Assembly (NCBI GenBank): GCA_951406725.2
Contig: OX597817.1
Span: 152,086,001-152,150,000 of the forward strand
Reading direction: 5' to 3'
DNA: 64,000 nt
Origin: Octopus vulgaris
Lineage: Eukaryota
Every line of letters starts with the position of its first letter. Positions within the stretch are counted from its first letter, which is position 1. Below, piece after piece: positions 28,105 to 40,159 of this stretch. The notes under the pieces were generated by a model. The model was given only the letters and a program-made list of their open reading frames with translations, searched no databases and was not told the origin of the DNA. The translations under genes and the position numbers were made by a program.

Positions 28105-28650
28105 AAGTATGCTGTGCGTGAGAAGACCCGGCAAGACCAGTGAGAACAATCAAAATCAAATCATATATCAGAAAGCAGGGGTTAAGTGACCCATCCGTTC
28201 GTGTCCGCTGTCAGCCTCGTCTGGCACCCGTGCCGGTGATACGTAAAAGCACCGTCCGTTCGTGGCCGTTTGCCAGCTCTGTCTGGCAACCGTGTCGGTG
28301 GCACATAAAAGCACCATCCGTTCGCGTCCGTTGCCAGCCTTGGCTGGCCCCCGTGCCGGTGACACGTAAAAGCACCATCCGTTCGTGGCCGTTCGCCAGC
28401 TCTGTCTGGCACCTGTGCAGGTGGCACGTAAAAAACACCCACTACACTCGCGGAGTGGTTGGCGTTAGGAAGGGCATCCAGCCGTAGAAACACTGCCAGA
28501 TCTGACTGGGCCTGACGAAGCCTTCCAGCTTCACAGACCCCAGTTGACCCGTCCAACCCATGCTAGCATGGAAAGCGGACGCTAAATGATGATGATGATG
28601 ATATATATAAAACTTACTTGGAAATTTATATATATAAAACTTACTTGGAA
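27952..28650. repeat. AAACTTACTTGGAAATT(TA)n minisatellite split by an RTE element
   Basis: Units at ~27975, 28019 and 28056 before the insertion and at ~28609 and 28637 after it. Confidence 0.8.
28102..28600 (+). mobile_element. RTE 3'-UTR/(GAT)n element, young subfamily
   Basis: CpG-rich, with ~60-bp internal tandem units. Other UTR-only copies at ~701-1025(+), 7533-7945(-), 14200-14610(-), 20743-20970(-), 22341-22898(+), 25368-25650(+), 34861-35125(-), 40345-40704(-), 45386-45749(-), 46479-46993(+), 51799-52123(-), 58250-58630(+), 59540-59783(-), 63849-64000(-). Confidence 0.85.
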
Positions 28651-29344
28651 AAGGATGTGTGGCATTCGATCATATAATAATATAAATAATATATATTGTA
28701 TGTTGTATGTCTTGTATTCTGTTTTTTTGTTGTTTGAAAAAAAGTTTGTTTCCATGTTTTTGTTTTTATGTTTTCGTTTTTCTCCTTGTTTAACGTTTAT
28801 TGATGTCCTGTACCCATATAGGCATGTATATATACATAGAGATGTAGGCATGTACATATATGCACTGCCTTTTAGTCAAGCAAATCAACCCCAGGACTTA
28901 TTCTTTGTAAGCCTAGTACTTATTCTATCTCTTTTTGCTAGACTGCTAAGTTATGGGGCTGTAGACACACCAGCATCGGTTGTTAAACAATGTTGGGGGA
29001 ACAAACACAGACACACACACACACAGATATATATATATATTTGACAGGCTTCTTTCAGTTTCTGTCTACCAAATCCACTCACAAGGCTTTGGTCGGCCCG
29101 AGGCTATAGTAGAAGACACTTGCCCAAGATGCCACACAGTTAGACTGAACCCGGAATCATGTGGTTGGTAAGCAAGCTACTTACCACACAGCCACTCCTG
29201 CACCTACATATTTATCCTTATGAGAAAAAAAAATATGCGAATCCAGTCAGGTATTTACTATAACTAAAAACTATAACAGTTATTTGAAAATATAAGTAAA
29301 AGAGGTTTTAGAGACGTTCCCTCTACAGATGAGTAAGGAGATCA

Positions 29345-29675
29345 CCATCATCACCATCATCATCATCATCATTTAGCGTCCGCTTTCCATGCTAGCATGG
29401 GTTGGATGGTTCAACTGGGGTCTGTGAAGCTGGAAGGCTTCGTCAGGCCCAGTCAGATCTGGCAGTATTTCTACAGCTGGATGCCCTTCCTAACGCCAAC
29501 CACTCCATGAGTGTAGTGGGTGCTTTTTACGTGCCACCCGCACAGGTGCCAGACAAAGCTGGCAAACGGCCACGAACGGATGGTGCTTTTACATGTCACA
29601 GGCACGGGGCCAGGCGAGGCTGGCAATGGACACGAACGGATGGTGCTTTTACGTGCCACCGACACGGGGGCCAGA
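29345..29675 (-). mobile_element. RTE 3'-UTR/(GAT)n element, same young subfamily, inverted
   Basis: Reverse complement of about 28270-28600, including the subfamily-diagnostic bases. Confidence 0.85.
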
Positions 29676-30312
29676 CAGATTTTCAAATAACCGTCCTTTC
29701 TCAAGTTCTTTGCAAAAATTTTGTTTATACTTCTTGCACTGAAGAGTACAGTGATATATAATTAATTTAATTAATTCAATTAATTTAATTAATTCAATTC
29801 AACCATGAATTTGCATGATTTTTATATCTCTGTATGAAACAATCATCTTCATGAATTAAAATTCTCTTATATATTTTAATAGTTTCTCTTCTCCATTTTT
29901 AACAAAATTGTTGAGTTTCGTGGGTTTTCTTTCCATAAATTCACAGCACATCATATACAAGTATTATTTTCACATTCACAAATTTATGCCTATAAACTAC
30001 CAGCAAATATGAAGAATCAATATTAGAAATCTTTTTCGGAAACCTCCAAATTAAAAGGCGAATCTAATTCAAACTTTTTACACACACACACATACACACA
30101 CACACATATTTTTTCTTTCTTTTTCTTTTTATTTGTTTGTCATTTGACTGCAACCATGCTGGAGCAGCGCCTTTAGTTGAGCAAATCGACCCCAAAGCTT
30201 ATACTTTGTAAGCCTAGTACTTATTCTATTGGTCTCTTTTGCCGAACCGCTAAGTTACGGGGACGTGAACACACCAGCATCGGTTGTCAAGCAATGTTGT
30301 GGGGACAAACAC

Positions 30313-30413
<101 letters not shown>

Positions 30414-32003
30414 CAGCAGCAATACCAATTTCTTACATTAGCACAATACTTCAAGTCTGCAAGAGAGGAATGTAGTCACTGGAATCAATGCCAGTATATC
30501 AGATGTTCATCTCAGAATGCCAGAAAATATAGTGAAAACCAATTGGAATTTGAACTCACAGTACTGAGATACAAACTAAATGTTGTAAAGCATGTCGTTC
30601 AGACAATATTATTTCTTTTACTCACCACTCTTTTTTCCCCTCCTTTATATGGCTAAATAATATATAAATCTTAGATTTCTGTGTGAGAGGACAATTTAAG
30701 ACCTGATTTTGGCAATATTAATATGATCCATAAAATACATTCATAATATTTACTCTGTGAATTATCTTGTTTATTACTACCATTCAAGCAGAAGTACAAT
30801 CAATACAAAGAAAATTGTCTAGAACTTAAAAGATTTCATCATAAAATACTTCCTAATAACTTGGTATCTAGATTCAATATTCACACAATCTCTTGACCCT
30901 TTAAACTGGAGAAGAAAGCTGATTTTTTTTTGTTTAATATTAAATAATTTAATTATATATCAATCACAAAGAAAATTTTTGATTTGATTTTCTTTTTTAA
31001 TTTGTTTCATATTTTTTTTTTTTTCAATTTTTTCTGGTAATAGGAAATTGTTTACAGGGTTTTGATTTTTAAAAAGAAATAGTTTCTAGAAAAATCAATT
31101 TTTTTCTATAATGCGCAATGCCAAATTTTGTACTGGATGGTTGAATTTACATCGCTATATCTCCACTAATCTAATTTATCAATCCTGAGTCAGGTTGGAT
31201 AAAGCAAGGCTTGCTTCTATTAAACTTGATCTCACAACACGGTATGAGGGAGGGATGTTGAATATTGCTTGTTTTATCCTACATGACTTGTTATCCAATT
31301 ATATTTAAATTACTTTCCATATGCAATTACGACTCGGTTGTTTGATTAATTTTCCTCTTACCCTACACTTGTCATTGCAGTGTAGTGGGACTTATACTAA
31401 TTTCCATTGCTTTGAATAGGCACAGGCTTGGCAGTGTGGTAAGAAGCTTGATTCTCAACCACATGGTTCTGGGTTCAGTTCCACTGCAGGGCTCCTTCAT
31501 GTGTTTTCTACTATAGTCCCAGGCCAATGAATGCTTTGTGAGTGAATTTGGAAGATAGAAACTGTGTGGAAGACTGCTGTTGTGTGTGTGTGTCTTTGCG
31601 TTTGTCCCCCACATCATTTTACAACCAATATTGGTTTGTTTATGTCCCTGTGCCTTTGCAGTTCAGCAAAACAGACCAATAGAATAAGTACCAGACTTAC
31701 AAAGAAATGAGTACTAAGGTTGATTTGTTTGACTAAAACACTTTAACACACTGCTCCAGCATGGCTACAGACCACTGGCCAAAACAAGTAAAAGATATAA
31801 CATTGAAAAATACAACTGTGACTTGTTTGTTTGATTAATTCTCCTCTTACCTCATATTTGTTGTTGCATGTAATATAATTTACATGTAACATGTAATGGA
31901 AATTACATGTAATGGGAATTACATTAATTTCCAATATTTTGAACAGTTATGAGGCATCTTGTCTCCATGTAGGTTGCCAGTTAGTTACAAGCTATTACCC
32001 ATG

Positions 32004-32421
32004 CAGCGTTGGATTAACCATTAAGCAAAATAACCATGTGCTTAGGGCATCAAAGGAAGGAAGGGCACTACAGAAAAAGTAAATGGTTTACAGCACAAAA
32101 GAAATCACTTTAAACTTGCTAAAATAATATTTGGGATGTTTTTATCTCTGCTAAGTGTAGATGTGTTAACTAAGATTAATTTTGAGGATCTGATCAAAGA
32201 CTTTGCAATTCAGAAAAGTAGGAGGAAACTTTTCAAGTATAAATAAAGTGGAAGTATACAAAAATAAACATTATTTTCCCTCTTACTGTTTTGTTTCATT
32301 TTGAAAAATAAAAAAATTATTTTATGGTTTGTTGTTGTTTACATTTTGAATAACAATCTTTTATGGGGGCACCAAAATCTTTTAAGTGCTTAGGGCCTCG
32401 ATGGGTCTTAATCCAGCCCTG
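32004..32421 (+). mobile_element. Non-autonomous hAT DNA transposon
   Basis: TIRs CAGCGTTGGATTAA / TTAATCCAGCCCTG; perfect 8-bp TSD TACCCATG (31996-32003, 32422-32429); internal transposase C-terminal remnant LTKINFEDLIKDFAIQKSRRKLF. Confidence 0.9.
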
Positions 32422-33286
32422 TACCCATGAAAATCTTTGAAACACTAAATAACTAAAAGAAAAAAGAAAAAGCTAGTCTGGTGAAAGTAATGGTGGTCGG
32501 TGCCAGTAAATAAAACAAATGTTTCTCCAATGAAGGAAGGATTGAGTTTGAGAACAACAAGGCTCTCGTTTCCCTATTAGTATATCTGAGGAATTCCAAC
32601 CGCATTTCATGGTTCACTGCCTCAACAGCTCCTTTATAGGATCCAGTGGCTAGACATCATAAGGAGGAACCACATCCAGTTTCATCCCCCTACTCTTCTA
32701 CTGTTTTCAACATGGTTCCCACCACCACCACCACTTTGGTGGTGTCTTCAGCTCTGGTGTTGAGTGTGTTTTTTTTCTTTCTTCTTTTTTCTTTGGCTAC
32801 TTTTTCTTTGGTTTCTTTGATGCAGCATCAACAAATGTCAGTGGGCAAATGACCATCCTGCCAAATTTCCCTTTAAATACTCACCGAGTATTTATTAGTT
32901 AAATATGTTTCTGCAGATGTTTGCTGTTTGATCTGCTGATTTATTATTGAACTACTTATTTAAATCCATTCATTACTTATTCTGTCAAGAACCACATGAA
33001 TTGGACCAAGAAAAGTTTTAACCCTTTCATTATATTTCTGTTGAAAAACACAGCCATTGTTTCAATTAATTTTGAAACAAAATTTATCAAAATAACTCCA
33101 TTATTAAAGCTTGTGTTCAAGATGTAAATTGATATGAAATTATGATCGAAAGTTTTTGTTTATATCACTTTTAAACATAAAATTCATATCATAGAATCAT
33201 AAGCAGTCTGAGACAGGTTGATATCAAAAGGGTTGATCAGTAATGATTTTATTTTTGTGGTATTTAATATTAATAACTTAGAACTT

Positions 33287-33947
33287 TGCGTTGGTGTGGT
33301 CATGTATTACGGCTGGATGAGGAGAGATGTGTGAATAAGTGCCATTCCCAAACAGTTGAAGGAATCCAGGGTAGAGGTAGACCCAGGAAGACATGGGATG
33401 AGGTGGTCAAGCATGACCTTCGAACGTTGGGCCTCACAGAGGCAATGACAAAAGACCAAGACCTCTGGAGATATGCTGTGACTTCAAAGACCCAACAAAT
33501 GAAGTGAGTTCATGGCTTGCAGGACGGCCTGCTGCACTTACCTTGGATTGTAAGGCGACCTGCTGTCCTTGAGGAGACCTATTGAGCTATGTACATCAAA
33601 TAAAAATCAAATGGAAACTGTAGTTGTGATCCCCATGCCAGTGGCAAATAAAAAGCCCCATCCGAACATGATTGATACTAGCGCCAACTTGACTGGCTTC
33701 CATGTCTGTAGCATGTAAAAAGCACCAACTGATCATAGCCGTTGCCAGCCTCCTCTGGCCCCTGTGCCAGTGGCATGTAAAAAGCACTCACTACACTCAC
33801 GGAGTGGTTGGCATTAGGAAGGGCATACGGCTGTAGAAGTACTGCCAAATCAGACTGGAGCCTGGTGCAGCCTCCTGGCTTCCCAGACCCCGGTCGAACC
33901 GTCCAACCCATGCTAGCATGGAAAACAGACATTAAACGATGATGATG
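33287..33947 (+). mobile_element. 5'-truncated RTE-clade LINE (ORF C-terminus, 3' UTR, (GAT)n tail)
   Basis: RWCGHVLR...GRGRPRKTWDEVVKHDLRTLGL...DLWRYAV is the RTE ORF2 C-terminal motif; the UTR has internal GTGGCACGTAAAAGCACC repeats and a GAT tail. Confidence 0.88.
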
Positions 33948-34029
33948 AACAAAGCAGATGGAGCTTGTTAAATGTGACTCAACTGTAATGATATGAATGC
34001 GATAAGATAAAATTATAACAATTATCTAT

Positions 34030-34408
34030 AGGTGCAGAAGTGGCAGGGTGGTAAGTAACTTGTTTACCAACCACATGGTTCTGGGTTCAGTCCCACTGCA
34101 TGGCACCTTGGGCAAATGTCTTCTACTATAGCCTCGGGCTGACCAAAGCCTTGTGAATGGATTTAGCAGACAGGAACTGAAAGAAGCTCATCATGTGTGT
34201 GTTTTTGTTTGTGTATCTGTGTTTGTCCCACTACCATTGCTTGACAACCAAAGCTGGTGTGGTTATGTCCCCGTAACTTAGTAGTTTGGCAAAAGAGACC
34301 GATAGAATAAGTATTAGGCTTACAAAGAATAAGTCTTGGGGTCGATTTGTCTGAATAAAGGTGGTGCTCCAGCATGGCCACAGTCAAATGACTGAAACAA
34401 ATAAAAGA
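34030..34408 (+). mobile_element. SINE family 1 copy
   Basis: Full-length match to the other family 1 copies. Confidence 0.85.
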
Positions 34409-35202
34409 ATATAAAATTATAAATGAAAGTGACCAAATAAATTCATTCCTTGTGGAATTACTGTTGATTCTCTGTGGTCAGCCCAGAGCTATTGAAGAAG
34501 ACAATTATCCAAGGTACTACACAGTGGGACTGAACTCTGAACCTAGTTGGGTAGCAAGCTTCTTAACTACACAGCCATCAATACTTCAGACATAGCTCTA
34601 ATTCAACTGATATACTAGAATTCTTCAATTAAGAATCTACAAACATAAATCTTTAGTCTTTTATCTTATTTCAGTCATAGGACTACGACCATGCTGAGGC
34701 ACCATCTTGAAGTTTAGTCAAATAAATTGACCCCAGCAGTTATTTTTTAAGTCCAGTACTTATTTGACTGAATTACTAAGTTACAAAGATGAAAACAAAC
34801 CAACACCAGTTGTCAAGCAGTGGGTAGCACAAACACAAAAACGTGCACATACATACATATATCATCATCATCATTGTTTAACGTCCGCTTTCCATGCTAG
34901 CATGGGTTGAACGATTTTGACTAAGGGCTGGCGAACCAGATGGTTGCACAAGGTCCCAATCTTGATTTGGCAGTGTTTCTACAGCTGGATGCCAGTAAGG
35001 CAACATTGGTAATGATCAGGCTCAAATGGTGCCCTTTTACATGCCACTGGCATGGAAGCCAGTTGGCTGCTCTGGCAACGATCACACTCGGATGGTGCTT
35101 TTGGCACCCTACTAGCACGGGCACAAAAGGGTAAAATTAATTAATCAATTAATAATTTTACCAAGTAGTTTGGTATGTTAAAAGAACCATTATCGGTAAA
35201 CT

Positions 35203-35732
35203 TATACAAAAATTCTATAATTATGAGCATAATTATAATTAGGGTTCAGCAAAATTTGCTTCACCACATACCAAAATTTAGAAATAGCAGTTAAAATACT
35301 ATTCTACTACCATAAGATATTTCCCCAGACAGCAATACTCCACAACTCACACAAGTAAAGAGACTGGCGTCTGTGACAGTGGCATGTAAAAAGCAGGTGT
35401 TCGATGGCGCTTGGTCAAGTACGTATGTTAATTGTCAGTGCTCTCAAATTTAAAATTTGAAATACTGTACTGAGGAAGGAATAAGTGAGTAGAAATATAA
35501 TTTTACATCTTTTTACATCTCTTTAACCCCAAAACGCGTATACAGTTAATCAAAGCCAGGTGGATTCATTATTTTTTTCTCTTTACCTGCGTGAGTTGTG
35601 GAGTATTGATGTCTGGGAGATATGGTAGAAGAGTAGTATTTTAACTGCTATTTCTAAATTTTGGTATATGTTGAAGCAAATTTTGCTGAACCCTAGTTAT
35701 AATTATGCTCATAATTATAGAATTTGTGTATA
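35203..35732 (+). mobile_element. Penelope-like retroelement relic with inverted terminal copy
   Basis: ~160 bp inverted arms (35203-35363 / 35578-35732), a hammerhead motif in the spacer, and a (TA)n tract at the end. Confidence 0.65.
35464..35546 (+). ncRNA. Degenerate minimal type I hammerhead ribozyme (Penelope-type), G12>A
   Basis: Stem I ACTGTA (35464-69) / TACAGT (35541-46); core CTGAGGA (35470-76); AGG...CCCC closing stem II; AAAA (35531-34) where GAAA is expected; palindromic stem III ACGCGT; GUA cleavage triplet ending at 35540. Confidence 0.72.
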
Positions 35733-35849
35733 GATATATATATATATATATATATATATATGGGATTGAACCAAAAACTACATGATTGTAAAGCAAATTT
35801 CTTAATTACCTGCACATTATGCATACCAATTCTTTGCATTGTTTTACAG

Positions 35850-36120
35850 AGAAACGATATGCCGAGACATGGGACTACCACATAACACCCTCCACTTTCC
35901 TCCAGTTTGATATCTCGATGGGCTGTGGTACTCTATACAACACATTATACAGTGTAAAGCTGGAATATTCTATAGACACAGGCAAGACGTGGCACTCTGT
36001 TATAGATGAGTGTGCACCACCAAAGTTTATTTGTAACGGCTACCATTTAAGTAGCCAATATGTTTCAGAACAACATATCAACTGGACTCGTATTACTATC
36101 TATCTTCCTCCTGCCTCAAT
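35850..36120 (+). CDS. RELN: Reelin exon H (repeat 4A), after a 19.3 kb intron
   Basis: ttacag|AG, AT|gtatgt; KRYAETWDY...LQFDISMGC...LEYSIDTGKTWHSVIDEC...WTRITIYLPPAS; phase 1 to 2, matching exon G. Confidence 0.95.
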
Positions 36121-37759
36121 GTATGTATTGATTTTATGTAATATTATTAATTACCTTAATGAGTTATTATTGTGCCTGAATATTTTGTTCAAACTTTAAA
36201 AAAAAAATAAAATAACTAATAAATTAATTTTCTATCTGATTTTTTAAATGAGCTGATATCTACATACAATCATGTAGTATAAAAAAAAATGCTATGCAAT
36301 TTAGAATTTGAGATCATATATAATCATAAAAGTTGGTCATTAACTTTCATAAAAATCCATTATTCAACTACATGAACACTGAAACATCAGTTAAAACTTA
36401 TTTCTAACTGCAATTACTTTATTTGGCTTCTTTTTAATGGAAACCTTTTGTGGGAGACAATCTATTCTGCAGATATTGTTGATGAAAACTTTCTAGGAAG
36501 TTGAAGAAAATTAAACTTAGGAGAAAATGTTTGTCTGGGTTATGTACAATATGTTCCAAATTTATTCAAATTTACTTCAGATATGTATATGTATATATAT
36601 ACCGTTAATTCTCCCCTTTACCATTTAAACTGACCATATCTGGCCCAAATATTCTATCTGTTTTATGTTCAAACAAGCCAGATCAGGTCTCTCACACCAA
36701 CCCTACAATGTCATTCTAAAAATAAATAATCACATCATTGAGACCTCAAAGCTACAAGATAATGCATGATTTATTCAAAATAATGTGAATAAGTCTGAAT
36801 GCTGAAAGGTTAGAGTGTACAGTGTTGTAAGAAGAAACCAGTTACCATATTTATTTTGAGATGCTCTGTGTTTCTTTCAATTAATTTTAAATATAACAAA
36901 GAATTTAATAAAATGACTTAGTTATCATTCAACTGGTGTTAGGAACATAAATTGTGACTAAGGTTTGATGGAAGATTTTAATTCAAAACCTATGAAAACA
37001 AGACATTTGTACTACAGAGCCAGAGGCAGTTTCAGCCAGGTTGGTATTGAAAGGGTTAAAGGATTAACTTTGATATACATAAATATATTTGCTTTCTTCA
37101 ATAAGAAACAGCCTATGTTGTCATAAATAGAAGTGCTTGTAATTTACTGTGAAAGGGCTGATCAGTTAATATGCCAACAAAAAGTTATTGTTCTCAAGAC
37201 AGAATAACCTGACAATTGCTGTAGATCTTTAAGATTTGCTTTACCTTTGAATGATGTCTTTCTTTTTTGACCAGAAAATGGGTCATTTGTTTAGAGACTG
37301 TTTATCATGTATTACCAAAACTCACAGCCACACACAGATACAATATCACACACATATTTAAGTACTTAGAATATTTTATTCCCTTACTTCCATTTCTTAT
37401 AAATATTGTAAACAGATTTTAAATTTCAGTGTTTCTTATTATTTTTATATGTACTAAGGTGGCAAGCTGGCAGAATCATTAGCATGCCAGACAAAATGCT
37501 TAGCTGTATTTCACCTGTCACCATGTTCTGGGTTCAAATTCCACCGAGGTTGACTTTACCTTTCATCCTTTCAGGGCTGATAAAATAAGTACCCGTTGAG
37601 CACTGGGGTTGATGTCATCGACTCATCCCTCCCCCAAAATTGATGCTCTTCTGGCAAAATTTGAAACCATTATTATTATAAGTACCCTTTAAATATTACC
37701 CATCTTGGATTTGTAAATTTTGTTTGTAATTCTTAACATGACCTTTTTCTCTGTATCAG

Positions 37760-37900
37760 TTCTCCAAACACCAGATTCCGGTGGTATCAGCGCACCAAAA
37801 GTCCTCGAGGTGATATTTGGGCCTTGGATAATGTATATCTAGGAGCAGGTTGTCCTTGGTTATGTTCAGGTCACGGCTACTGTGATAAAGGGAAATGTAT
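37760..37900 (+). CDS. RELN: Reelin exon I (end of 4A plus EGF)
   Basis: tatcag|T, AT|gtgagt; SPNTRFRWYQRTKSPRGDIWALDNVYLGAGCPWLCSGHGYCDKGKC; phase 2 to 2. Confidence 0.95.
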
Positions 37901-38914
37901 GTGAGTAATGTTTTTATTGATTTAGCCTCTACATTTCTAGAAAACCTGTTTAACTCTGGTAAGGCTACATCATCTTCCTCATCATCATCATCTAATATGT
38001 TTTCCATGCTGACATGAGTTTGACTGTTTGACAGGACCTAGCTTGCTGCAAGGTTACACTGAGCTCCTATGTCAGCTTTGGTATAGTTTCTACAGTATAG
38101 CTGGATGCCCTTCCTACTGCCAACCATTTTACAGTTTGTACTGAGTGCTTTTTTGTGCCACTGTTACAAGTGAGGTTGTCAAGTAACTTTCAAAACAGGG
38201 AAAATGCTTATTCAATGTTCCTTAATAATCTCTAATTGATGATTTAGTTTGTACCATTAGGACACTAACTGGTACTCCTTCAGTTACAACAATGAGGGTT
38301 CCAGTTGATCCAATCAATGGAAGAGCCTACTTGTGAAATTAACAGCTTCTATATATGGCTGAAGCGGGAAGACCAAAAATGGCTTGAAAGTCATAACATA
38401 CCGGCAGGAAAATAACATCACTAGGTGAGATAAGCTGACACTGAATTAGCTTCGCTGATTGACAGCTGACTATCTCATTTAGAGAATGCGTGGGCTAAGA
38501 CTAAGTGCCCTCCATTGGTCAGTTAAAGTTGAGACAGTGTCACGTGACAACTTACTGGGGCTGCCTGCTGGAGCCTACCAGTAGGTATTTAAAGGGAAAA
38601 ATATTTGACAAGGCTGTCAGTCGCTCTCTGACACTCATTGACACTACATCGAAGAGGCCAGGGAACAGAAGAAAGAAGACATGCACCCAGCACCAGAGCT
38701 GAAGACACCTCCGAAAGGGGAGGGGGGCCACCACGTCAAAACAGTAGAGGAGTAGGGGCCGAAACCAGACGTGGTTCCTCCTGATGATGTCTCGAGCTAA
38801 CTGGATCCTATAAAGGAGCTGTTGTGGTAGCAGACCACAAAACATGGTTGAAATTCCAGTTGGCTCCACAGACACATGCCTCCTTAATGTAGTTCTCTGC
38901 CAGCTCCTTCTCAA

Positions 38915-39712
38915 ATTAGTTAGTCTACATTACTCCATAAGGAGCATAGGGCCACAAACACTTCATGCCAATTGATGTGATCTTGGGCTACCTCCTTGAT
39001 TTCAGACCAAGAGAAACTGATTGCTTTTGTTTCATCCTTCATGCATCCTTTCCAGGTCTTCTTAGGTTGTCCAACCATGCTCTTTCCTTCAGGATGCCAG
39101 ACTGACACTTGCAATGTTGCTTCAAGGTCTCCTTAAAGTGTGACCAATCTAGCCCCCATTTCCTTTTCAGAATTTCTTGATTGATGAGAGTTTGGGTTCA
39201 TTCTGTCTCAGACTTCATCATCATCATTTAACGTCTGCTTTCCATGCTAGCATGGGTTGGATGGTTTGACTGAGGGCTGGCGAACCAGATGGCTGCACCA
39301 GGCTCCAGTCTTGCTCTGGCAGAGTTTCTACAGCTGGATGCCCTTCCTAATGCCAACAACTCCGACAGTGTAGTGGGTGCTTTTACATGCCACCGGCATG
39401 GGGGCAAGTCAGGCGATACTGGCAACGACCTCGCTCAAATCATTTTACACATGCCAACAGCACAGGTGCCAGTAAGGCGATGCTGGTAACGATTCTGCTC
39501 GAATGGTGCCTCTTACATGCCACCAGCACGGAAGCCAGTTAGCCGCTCTGGCAACGATCACACTTTGATGGTGCTCTTAGCACCCTACTAGCATGGGGCA
39601 CAAGTGCCAGTAAGGCGAAGCTGGTAACAATCACACTCGAATGGTGCCTTTTATGTGCCACTTTTAAAATTTTGTCTGGCCACCAGATCTTGAGGAGGTA
39701 GCACAAACATTT
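38915..39712 (-). mobile_element. Second RTE family remnant, interrupted by a (GAT)n element at ~39216-39661
   Basis: - strand reads CLCYLLKIWWPDKI, then the insertion, then INQEILKRKW...WHPEGKSMVGQPKKTW...AQDHINW...ALC. Confidence 0.7.
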
Positions 39713-39981
39713 GTGTTCTCAGATTAGATACACTAAATCTATTTTCTCCTCTGTCAAGCAGTACTATTTTATCTTCACAATTCATCTACCTCCAGTGATT
39801 TCTATCACAGATATTTTTGCAAAATCAATTTTCATTCTTTATCATTTCCCATGATTCCTACTATACTTTATATTTTCTTTAAAGTAGATTTATCATCTAA
39901 CACACCAAATTAACAATCTTCAGTTTGTTTTGTTGTTATGATTTAGATTTGTTTGTATTTTTTTCTTTTTTTTTTCATCAG

Positions 39982-40159
39982 ATGTGATAAGGGTTTTCTG
40001 CCACCCAATTGTGTACCTGAAAAAACTCTACCAATGAATTTAAGAGATGATTTTAGTTCTGAAAGTCTTGACTACAACAAATGGCAAGAATTATATGGAG
40101 GTGAAGTTTCTGACATATGTGACCACTTGGTATCAGGAAATTCTTTAGTATTTGCGAAG
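39982..40159 (+). CDS. RELN: Reelin exon J (EGF end, repeat 4B), GC donor
   Basis: catcag|A, AAG|gcaagt; CDKGFLPPNCVPEKTLPMNLRDDF...ICDHLVSGNSLVFAK; phase 2 to 0. Confidence 0.92.

Noticed and set aside
28190-28440. Regular ~60-bp units resembling a CRISPR array
   Set aside because: Eukaryotic context, no cas genes, and the 'spacers' are similar to each other; these are internal tandem repeats of the LINE UTR.
38695-38730. CTGAAGA-CACCTCC-GAAA, a possible hammerhead
   Set aside because: No stem II can form, the GAAA caps a CCTCC/GGGGAGG hairpin, and stems I and III are absent. Related copies at ~17835 and ~32745 lack the GAAA.
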